Source: Thermoanaerobaculia bacterium
GTDB lineage: Bacteria; Acidobacteriota; Thermoanaerobaculia; UBA5066
Direction of reading: 5' to 3'
Length of the DNA: 64,000 nt
Assembly (NCBI GenBank): GCA_038319835.1
Contig: JBBQDQ010000003.1
Span: 5,279-69,278, forward strand
Positions 8,739 through 16,629 of this stretch are shown in pieces. Each line of letters opens with the position of its first letter. Position 1 is the stretch's first letter. The notes beneath the pieces were generated by a model. The model ran no database searches and had not been told where the DNA came from. It saw only the letters and a list, made by a program, of their open reading frames with translations. Position numbers and translations under genes: made by a program.

Positions 8739-11700
8739 GAACGAGACGCGGGCCCCGAGCCGGATCAGCCGCGGCGCCGTCCAGGCGATGTCGCGGTTGA
8801 AGTTGGCGTTGGAGGAGTTCGCGGTCGTGTAGGGGCCGTTCTTGCGGGCCTGGCCCGTGGAGGCGAGGATCGCGTTGCACGTGGCGGTCGAGGTGCAGTA
8901 GACCTCGTCGCGCGACGTCACGCCCTGGAAGTTCGTCAGGTTGAACACGTCGGCGATCGGCGTGATCGTGACCGCGCCCAGCCTGAGGCCGTACTCCACA
9001 TGCAGGTCGATGTTGTACGTGGACGGAAGCGTGTCGAAGGTGCCGCGCGCCGTGTAGTAGTGCTCCTGGCTGTAGCCGGGGCGCGCATAGCCGCGGGCCG
9101 ACATCGGACGGCCGTCCGCGTAGGCCGCGTTGATCGACGTCACGAGGCCGAAGTTGAACGCGTACGTGCCCGTCACCTTGAACTGGTTCGTCCGGTTGTT
9201 GCGGAGCAGGCCGTAGTTGTTCGCGTTGAGGTCGATGTAGTCGAAGTCTGCGTTGATGTTCGGGTCGGTCTGGCCCGTCTCACGCGTCTGCGAGAAGTTG
9301 CCCGAGTAGTTGCCCTCGAGCTTGGAGTAGATGTAGCTCGCGAGGAGGTAGAAATTGTTCGAGAACCGGTGGTTGACCGTCAGCTCGACGCCGCGGTAGT
9401 AGCGGCTCGGGTTGATCGACGGGCAGTTGCCCGAGAGCACCGTGGAGCCCGTGGGGCCCGCGCAGGCCGGGTTCGTCGGGTCCTTGATGACCTGGAGCGG
9501 GCTGTCGTCGCCCGGGTTGCTGAGCGCGCACGTCGTGAGCGCCGTCGGGGGCACGTAAGCCGCGAGATTGACGCGCGGGTCGAGAAGGTCGCAGCGGTCT
9601 TCGATCGTGCGCCCGAGCTTCTTGTAGATGCCCTTGACGCCGAAGGACCAGCCCTTGAAGACCTCGTACTCGATGCCGGCGATTGCCTCGTCCTGGTACA
9701 TGCCCTTCAGGTCGGGCTGCGTGAGCTCGCCGCCCTGAATCGTCTGGTACCCGAAGAAGCCGTAGTCGGTGATCGGGTTCACCTTGTTCGGCGTGTAGTT
9801 GTACGCGAACACGGTGTACTCGTTGCCGAGGGCGCGGGTCTGGATGTCCTGCGGGATCGTGGAGTAGTAGCGACCGACGGAGGCGTACACCTTCGAGCGG
9901 CCGTTGTTCATCGGATCCCAGATGAGGCCGATGCGGGGCGACCACTCGCCCGTGATCGCGATGGCGGTGGCGCCTTCGGCGTCGAGGAGCCGCTGCTCCT
10001 CGTACCGGACGCCCACGTTCAGCGTGAGGTTGCGGAGGACCTTCCAGGAATCCTGCGCGAAGAGCGCGATGTTCTTCGTGGTCGGCGGGTTGTCGACCGA
10101 CGGCGCGACCTGGAAGCCGGCGCAGGCGTTCGCCGCGGCCGCCGAGGCCGGCGTGCCGAAGTTGCCCGTCTGGAGGTTGCCGGAGGCGTCGTACTTCGCG
10201 ATGCAGTTCAGGGGAACCTTCGCGAAGTAGCGCTGGTAGTTGTACTGGTACGCACCGGCCCCGTTCAGGAACTGGAAGATGCGGGCGCCGCCGGGATACT
10301 TCTCGGAGAACGACGAGCCGAGCTTCTCGTACTCGCCGCCGATCTTGATCTCGTGCGCGCCGAAGAAGAAGGAGCCCGTCGCCTTGTAGTCGTCACGCTT
10401 GTAGTTCTCGTTGACGAAGTACGTCGGGCCGCCGCTGAGGACCTGCGTGCGGCCGCCGCGGTTCTGGATCGCCGAGAGCGTGTCGGCGTAGGGCGAGTTG
10501 TTCTCGTTCTTCTCCGCGTGGTGCGAGTACTGCGCCGAGAGGAGGAACGACGTGCCGAAGATGCCGTCGTACTTGGCGGCGATGTCCGTGCCGCCGAACT
10601 TGTTCTCCCAGATGACGGCCGAGTCCGGGCCGATCGTTCCGGCGTTGCGGCCGTTGAACGTGCCGGGGTCGCCGAACACCGACGCCGAAATCGTGTGCGC
10701 CTCGCCGAGGCGGAACGTCAGCTTGCCGGAGTAGAGCGTCGTACGCGTCTCGTCCGTCCCGGACGACGTCGTGAAGCCGCCGGTGCCCTTCGTCGTGTCG
10801 AGAGTGCCGGTCGGAGTGTAGAAGATCGACGTGTTGCGCGTGTAGTCCTGGTCGCGCGACACGCGGTTCACGGCGCCGAAGAACCAGAGGCGGTCCTTCA
10901 GGAAGTAGCCGCCGATGTCCGCGCCGAAGTCGTAGCGCGTCGGGCTGATGACCTGCGAGGCGCCGACGGCCGTGCGGTCGTCGACGTGCGCGTCGTTCGA
11001 GCCGAGGTTCTTGTTGTCGTAGTAGCCGAAGAGGTCGCCGTGGAACTCGTTGCCGCCCGACTTCGTCACGACGTTGATCGTGCCGCCGAGGGCGCGGCCG
11101 AACTCCGCCTCGTAACCGCCGGTCTTGACTTCGACTTCCTGGACGAACTCGTTCGTGAGCGTCTTGCCCTGGTTGCCGATCTTGACGCCGGTCGTGTTGA
11201 CGCCGTCGATGATGTACTGGTTCTCGAGGCCCGTCGCCCCGTAGAACGTGATGCCGCCCGAGTTGTCGGTGCCCGTGCCGGGCGCCGTCGTGGCGACGGA
11301 CGTGAAGTTGCGGGCGAGCGGGAGCCGCGAGATCTGCTCCGACGTCCCCGTGACGCCGATCGTCGTCCTGGCCGTGTCGATGACCGGGGCTTCACCCGTG
11401 ACCACGACCTCTTCCTTGACGGAGACCGAGAGCTGCAGCGGCACCGAGGCGACGCCGCCGATGCTCACGTTCACGGTGCGCCGCTCGGCCTTCGTGAAGC
11501 CCGAGAGCGCGGCCGTGACCGTGTAAGAGCCGCTCGGCAAAGCCGGGAAGCGGAAGCGGCCCGCGGCGTCGGTGACGGCCGTGCGGGTCCCCTGCAGGGA
11601 CGGCGACGTGATCGTGACCGAGGCGCCCGGAAGGGGTGCGTTGTTCGAGTCGGTGACCGTACCGTCGATGTCACCGGTGGTCTGGGCGAAAGCCACGTTC

Positions 11701-11762
11701 GCCGTCAGACCGACGACGGCGAGCGCGAGCACCACGAAGATGCTCAGCCAGCGAGATTTCAT
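8739..11762 (-). CDS. TonB-dependent-receptor-like outer-membrane beta-barrel with N-terminal carboxypeptidase-regulatory-like domain (no in-frame stop after the conserved end)
   Basis: ATG 11762 is preceded by AGGAGG. Signal peptide MKSRWLSIFVVLALAVVGLTANVAFAQ, then a CarbopepD_reg-like domain (GRFRFPALPSGSYTV), plug and barrel. The barrel-terminal signature RLIRLGARVSF ends at 8739, but the frame stays open to 6747. Confidence 0.85.
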
Positions 11763-12066
11763 TCTGTCTACCTCCTGAAAATTAAAGGATCCATGGAAAC
11801 TTCGTTGACGGTTTCCCGTAATGAAGGTTGGAAAGAAGTGAGTCCGGGACCCTCCTTTCGAAGATGTTGATTCGGGAACGTCGAGGTCTTCGAATTTCAC
11901 GTTCGTTCAGAGACGCTTTCACGCCACGTACACGGTCCTGTGACCAGACCCACGAAAACGGGTGCAAAGGCGTTGCCGTCAAGGGATGGAAGCGTACTCA
12001 ATCTAAGCCTTTGCAGTCAAAGGAACGTTTTCGTCCCAGGATGAAACGCCCCGGGGATCAGTCCAA
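11763..12066 (-). promoter_or_regulatory. Long low-GC structured leader/promoter region upstream of the TBDR operon
   Basis: About 300 nt with no convincing ORF and clearly lower GC. Inverted repeats: TGCAAAGGC (11963-11971) / GCCTTTGCA (12007-12015); TTCGAAGA (11857-11864) / TCTTCGAA (11887-11894); GGAAAC (11795-11800) / GTTTCC (11811-11816). Confidence 0.4.
11991..12020 (-). promoter_or_regulatory. Candidate sigma70-type promoter (TTGACT-N18-TACGCT)
   Basis: On the minus strand, TTGACT lies at 12020-12015 and TACGCT at 11996-11991. The -10 is weak, so this is speculative. Confidence 0.2.
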
Positions 12067-13767
12067 TTAATTGGATTCTGATTCCGTAAACCGGTTCGTC
12101 AGGGCCACGTGCTTCCCGTTGTTCTCCCGCCCCAGGACGCCCGCGGGAGTCGTCGAAAGAGGGGGTCTCGCGAACCCGGCCAGGTGGTCGCGATGGACCA
12201 GGACGACGACCTTCCGGGGGCCGTTCCAGAGGGCCGCGAAGGCCTCGTCCGACGGGAAGAGCGGCGCCGTGTCGGGGTGTGACCGCCCGAAATCCAGCTC
12301 GCTCCAGCCCAGCGCGGCGACCGGCGTCGTCCGCGCCGCATAGAACGGCAGCACCTCGAGATAGTGGCCGCGCTGGACGAGAACGGCGTCGCCGTTCAGC
12401 GCGGCGAGCGCCGGCGAGACGACCGGCCACGGCGTCACCCAGCGCGCCGCGCCCGGCAGGACGGCGAGGAGGAACGCGAGGAACGCGAGCCACGGCGCGG
12501 CAACGAGAGAAGCCGCGTCGGCACTGGTCGTCAGACGCGGCGAGACGTTCAGGACGAATCCGCCGAACAGCGCGAGGAGCGCGCACGCTCCCGCGGCCTC
12601 CGCGCCGAAACGCTGGAGGTAGCCCGCACCCAACCCGTACGCCGCTCCCGCAGAGAGGAGCGCGCCGAAGAGGATGGCCGTCGCCATGCGCTCTCCCCGG
12701 AACGAGGCGCCGCGAGCGCGCGCCCGCTCGATCCCGAGCGCGAGAAGGACGGCGAGCGCGGGCCAGATCGGGAGCACGTACGGGATGAGCTTCGAGCGCG
12801 ACACCGAGAAGAAAGCGAAGACGAGGCCCGAGAAGATCCAGAGGAAACCCTCCGTCGCCCGCGCCTTCCACGCCGCACGCGAGAGGCCCGGCCACGTCTC
12901 CTTGAGACGCCCGAGGAACGCCGTCCACGGCAGGAACCCCGCGAGGAGAACCGGTACGAAGTAGACGAGCGGGCCCGTGCGTTTGTGCTCGGTCTTCGCG
13001 AAGCGGTCGAAGTGTTCGTGGACGAAGTAGAACTGGAGGAAGTCCGGGTGAGTGCGGGCCATGGCGACGTGCCACGGAACGGCGAGCGCGAGGAAGACGA
13101 CGAGCGGCCCCGGCGAGAAGACGCGCGCGAGCGTCCGCCAGCGGCCGGTCCAGATCGTCCAGAAGACGATCGCACCCCCCGGCAGGACGACGCCGATTAG
13201 CCCCTTCAGAAGGACCGCGGCGGCGCACGCGACGTGGAAGCCATACAGCGCGCGGCGTGCGCGCTTCCCGTCGCCCTCCGCGTCCCCCTCCGCGAACGCG
13301 GCGAACGCGAACGCGGCGCCCGACATCGCGAGGGAGAGCATCGGGTCGATGATCGCGATCCGTGCGAGAGCGACGACGAGGAGCGACGACGCGCAGACGA
13401 GTCCCGCGAGAAGGCCGGTCCGCACGCCGTACCGCCGCCGTGCGAACGCGGCCACGAGGAGGACCATTCCAGCCGCCGAGAGCTTGCCCGGGAGGCGTAC
13501 CGCGAGCTCGGTCGGCCCGAGGACGGCCATCGAGGCCGCGACGGACCAGTAGTAGAGCGGAGGCTTCTCGAAGTAGAGGACGCCGTTGAGGCGCGGCGTG
13601 ATCCAGTCGCCGGTCGCGAGCATCTCGCGCGGGATCTCGCCGTAGCGCCCCTCGTCGGGCTCGAAGAGGGGCACGCGCCCCGGCTCGAGGACGAGGAGGA
13701 ACGTCGCGAGGAGGAGAAGGGCGAGGAGCGTCCGCTCGCCCGCGTCCTTCGGGAGACGCAGCGTCAT
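12067..13767 (-). CDS. arnT: ArnT-like GT-C (PMT_2/GT83-type) lipid-linked-sugar glycosyltransferase
   Basis: 566 aa from ATG 13767 (ATGA overlap with the wzt stop). Motif DEGRYGEIPREMLATGDWITPRLNGVLYFEKPPLYYW, and many TM helices. Confidence 0.8.
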   Translation of the reverse strand: MTLRLPKDAGERTLLALLLLATFLLVLEPGRVPLFEPDEGRYGEIPREMLATGDWITPRLNGVLYFEKPPLYYWSVAASMAVLGPTELAVRLPGKLSAAGMVLLVAAFARRRYGVRTGLLAGLVCASSLLVVALARIAIIDPMLSLAMSGAAFAFAAFAEGDAEGDGKRARRALYGFHVACAAAVLLKGLIGVVLPGGAIVFWTIWTGRWRTLARVFSPGPLVVFLALAVPWHVAMARTHPDFLQFYFVHEHFDRFAKTEHKRTGPLVYFVPVLLAGFLPWTAFLGRLKETWPGLSRAAWKARATEGFLWIFSGLVFAFFSVSRSKLIPYVLPIWPALAVLLALGIERARARGASFRGERMATAILFGALLSAGAAYGLGAGYLQRFGAEAAGACALLALFGGFVLNVSPRLTTSADAASLVAAPWLAFLAFLLAVLPGAARWVTPWPVVSPALAALNGDAVLVQRGHYLEVLPFYAARTTPVAALGWSELDFGRSHPDTAPLFPSDEAFAALWNGPRKVVVLVHRDHLAGFARPPLSTTPAGVLGRENNGKHVALTNRFTESESN

Positions 13768-15098
13768 TTCTTCTCCAGCGCGAGCGGGCCTTCGAACGTC
13801 CAGCGCCGCGCCGGGCGCCAGAAGCCCTCGCTCCGGTCCGGCGAGTCCACCTGGAAGCGGCACGCGCCGCGCCAGTAGTCGTAGGGGGCCTCGCGCCGCG
13901 AGTGGACCGCGACGTCGACGGAGAACGTCCCCGTCCCGAGGTCCAGGGCGGGCAGCGTCACGCGCGCGACGGCCGGACCGTCGAGGCGCGTGGGAACGAG
14001 GCCGTCGAGCTCGGTGTTCGTCCCATGCACGCAGAGATCCTCGGGCGTGAAGATCCCGATGCCGAAGACGAAGTCGGACGTCGGCGCGCGCGGCGTCACG
14101 GCGATCTCGATCGTGACGCTCTCTCCCGACCGGTAGGAATACCGCTCGGCGCCGGACGCGTCGAGCATCCTGCAGCCCGTGATCTCCACCTCGCGGCTCC
14201 CCCAGCGGCGAGGCTTCTCGGCGGGAGGAGGAGCAAGAGGAAGAGGAGGAGGAGGAGAAGGAGGAGGAGGAGGAGGAGGAGGAGCGGGGGCCAGGAAAAT
14301 CTTCTCTTCTTTCTTGTGTTCCTTCGCGAGGCGCGCGCCCTCTTCGTTCGCGACGTCCATGCGGTAGCGCGCGAGAGTCTCCTTCGGGTCGCCGAGCGCC
14401 TTCACCTTGCCGTGGTCGAGGTAGAGGACGCGGTCGCACAGCTCCTCGACGAGCGCGAGGGAGTGCGACACGAAGAAGATCGTCTTGCCGCGGCGCGAGA
14501 AGTCCGCGATCGTGTCGAGGCAGCGGTGCGCGAACGCCTCGTCGCCGACCGCGAGGACCTCGTCCACGACGAGGACGTCGGGGTCGACGTGGACGGCCAC
14601 CGCGAAGCCGAGGCGCACGTACATGCCCGAGGAGTAGGTCTTGACGGGCTCGTCGATGAATTCCCCGAGGCCCGAGAACGCGACGATCTCCGGGATCTTT
14701 CTCTCGATCTCCCGGCGGGTGAGGCCGAGCATGACGCCGTTGATCACGACGTTCTCGCGGCCCGAAATCTCCGGGTGGAAGCCCGCGCCGAGCTCGATCA
14801 GCGCCGAGACCTTGCCCTCGACGGTGATCGATCCCGCCGTCGGCTTGAAGAGGCCCGCGACGAGCTTGAGGAGCGTGGACTTGCCGCAGCCGTTCGGGCC
14901 GACGACGCCGAACGTCTCGCCGCGCGCCACCGTGAACGAGACGTCCGAGAGCGCGTGGACGACCTCCGACGGCGCGAGGGCGGCGCCCAGCCCGCGGCCG
15001 AGCAGCGCGGATTTCAGGGTCCCGAACGCGCGCGTCCGGCCCCACTTCCGGTAGGACTTCGACAGCTCCCGGGCGACGACGGCCGCCGGCGCGCTCAC
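13764..15098 (-). CDS. wzt: Polysaccharide ABC exporter ATP-binding protein (Wzt/TagH type) with poly-Pro linker and C-terminal beta-rich domain
   Basis: GTG 15098 (GTGA overlap with the wzm stop). Walker A GPNGCGKST, signature YSSGM, Walker B VLVVDE. Linker APAPPPPPPPPSPPPPLPLAPPP, then a Wzt_C-like domain. Confidence 0.85.
   Translation of the reverse strand: MSAPAAVVARELSKSYRKWGRTRAFGTLKSALLGRGLGAALAPSEVVHALSDVSFTVARGETFGVVGPNGCGKSTLLKLVAGLFKPTAGSITVEGKVSALIELGAGFHPEISGRENVVINGVMLGLTRREIERKIPEIVAFSGLGEFIDEPVKTYSSGMYVRLGFAVAVHVDPDVLVVDEVLAVGDEAFAHRCLDTIADFSRRGKTIFFVSHSLALVEELCDRVLYLDHGKVKALGDPKETLARYRMDVANEEGARLAKEHKKEEKIFLAPAPPPPPPPPSPPPPLPLAPPPAEKPRRWGSREVEITGCRMLDASGAERYSYRSGESVTIEIAVTPRAPTSDFVFGIGIFTPEDLCVHGTNTELDGLVPTRLDGPAVARVTLPALDLGTGTFSVDVAVHSRREAPYDYWRGACRFQVDSPDRSEGFWRPARRWTFEGPLALEKK
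14222..14292. repeat. (GGA)n-rich purine microsatellite encoding the Wzt poly-proline linker
   Basis: Plus strand reads ggaggaggagcaagaggaagaggaggaggaggagaaggaggaggaggaggaggaggaggagc. Confidence 0.9.
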
Positions 15099-15904
15099 AC
15101 GGCCTCCGGGAACGAGTCGCGCAGCCGGTCGAAGAACGCATACCCGGCGAGGAACGCGCCCAGCGAGATCAATCCGAGGACGCCCCAGCGCTCCGGCGGG
15201 ATCCACGCGGATCGGAAGAACGCGTCGCGCCAGGCTTCGAAGAACGGCGTCGCCGGGTTCCAGAGGAGCGCGGCGCGCAGCCGCTCCGACTTGATGTCGG
15301 GCAGCGCGTAGAGGACGGGCGTCGCGAAGAACCAGAGTGAGAGGCCCGTCGCGAGGATGTCCTTGACGTCCCGGAAGTGGACGGTGAGCGCCGCGAGGAG
15401 AAGGCCGAGGCCCGCGATGAAAACGCCCTCGAGGACGAACAGCGGCAGGGCCTGAACGAGAGGCCAGCCGACCGGCACCGCGGGCCCGAAGACGCCCGCG
15501 GCTCCGAGCGCGAGGCCGGCGCCGAGGATCGGCAGCGCGAGCAGGAAGTGGACGCCCTGCGCCGCGACCGCGACGAGAGGGAGCACCTCGGCCGGGAAGA
15601 GGATCTTCTTGAGAAGCGCGCCGTGCGTCGTAAGCGACGACGTGGCGTCCGTGAGGCCGCCCGCGAGCCAGTTCCACGGCAGGAGGCCGGTGAAGAGGAA
15701 CAGGGCGTATGGGCTCGTCGACGCGCTCCGCCCCGGGAAGATGAACGCGAAGACGACCGAGTAGACCGCGAGCATGAGGAGCGGATTCAGGAGCGACCAG
15801 AAGAACCCGAGGACGCTCCCGCGGTAGCGCGCCTTGAGCTCCCTCGAGACGAGAACGCCGACGAGGGCGCGGTGGCGCCAGAGGCCGGCGAGGTTCTTCA
15901 GCAC
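15095..15904 (-). CDS. wzm: ABC-2 type polysaccharide exporter permease (Wzm/TagG type)
   Basis: 269 aa with about 6 TM helices and the N-terminal RELKARYRGSVLGFFWSLLNP motif typical of ABC-2 permeases. Confidence 0.85.
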   Translation of the reverse strand: MLKNLAGLWRHRALVGVLVSRELKARYRGSVLGFFWSLLNPLLMLAVYSVVFAFIFPGRSASTSPYALFLFTGLLPWNWLAGGLTDATSSLTTHGALLKKILFPAEVLPLVAVAAQGVHFLLALPILGAGLALGAAGVFGPAVPVGWPLVQALPLFVLEGVFIAGLGLLLAALTVHFRDVKDILATGLSLWFFATPVLYALPDIKSERLRAALLWNPATPFFEAWRDAFFRSAWIPPERWGVLGLISLGAFLAGYAFFDRLRDSFPEAV

Positions 15905-15927
15905 GTCGCGTCCATCCCGAAGGACCG

Positions 15928-16629
15928 ATGATACGTAGGATGGGCGCCGTGGGAGCCCGCGTCGCCGCCGAGTCCGTCTCGAAGTCCTACCGACCGGGGC
16001 CGGGTTCGGCTCCGGTCGAGGCCCTTGCGGACGTGACGCTCGCCCTCGAGCCCGGCACCTTCACGGCGCTCCTCGGCCCATCCGGCTGCGGCAAGTCGAC
16101 GCTCCTGAACCTCCTCGGCGCGCTCGACCTGCCCACGGCGGGGCGGATCCTCGTGGACGGGCGCGATCTCGCGGCGCTCGGCGAGGACGAGCGGGACACG
16201 TACCGGCGGCGGACGGCCGCCACGATCTTCCAGTTCTTCAACCTCCTCCCGACGATGAACGCGCTCGAGAACGTCGCGCTCCCGCTCCTCCTCGACGGAG
16301 CCGCGCCGGGCGAGGCGGACGCGCGCGCCGCGGCGCTCCTCGGAGAGGTCGGACTCAACGGCAAGGAGCGCGCGTACCCGTACGAGCTCTCGGGCGGCCA
16401 GATGCAGCGCGTGGCTGTCGCGCGGGCGCTCGCGAACCGCCCGACGCTCCTCCTCGCCGACGAGCCGACCGGCAACCTCGACTCGAAGACCGGGACGCAG
16501 GTCCTCGACCTCGTCTCGGGTCTCGTCGCGGACAAGGGAATCACGGTCGTGATGGCGACGCACTCGTCCCATGCGGCGGCGCGTGCGTCGCGCGTCCTGC
16601 GCCTCCTCGACGGGCGGCTCGTCCCGTGA
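15928..16629 (+). CDS. ABC transporter ATP-binding protein (MacB/LolD/AttE-like)
   Basis: Walker A GPSGCGKST, signature LSGGQ, Walker B LLLADEPTGNLD. The stop overlaps the permease start. Confidence 0.9.
   Translation: MIRRMGAVGARVAAESVSKSYRPGPGSAPVEALADVTLALEPGTFTALLGPSGCGKSTLLNLLGALDLPTAGRILVDGRDLAALGEDERDTYRRRTAATIFQFFNLLPTMNALENVALPLLLDGAAPGEADARAAALLGEVGLNGKERAYPYELSGGQMQRVAVARALANRPTLLLADEPTGNLDSKTGTQVLDLVSGLVADKGITVVMATHSSHAAARASRVLRLLDGRLVP

Noticed and set aside
8154-11870. 1238-aa plus-strand ORF antisense to the receptor gene. Similar very long ORFs occur at 41778-44420(+), 51793-53949(+), 60644-62587(+) and 37755-39434(+).
   Set aside because: The products are Arg/Glu/Asp/Gly/Pro-rich with no motifs, signal peptides or RBS. 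Each is antisense to a gene with clear family signatures. Stop-free antisense frames are expected at this GC content.
11782-12070. 66-aa (minus) and 80-aa (plus) ORFs inside the low-GC leader.
   Set aside because: They have no RBS and an odd composition, and they overlap each other on opposite strands. The region is better explained as non-coding leader or promoter.
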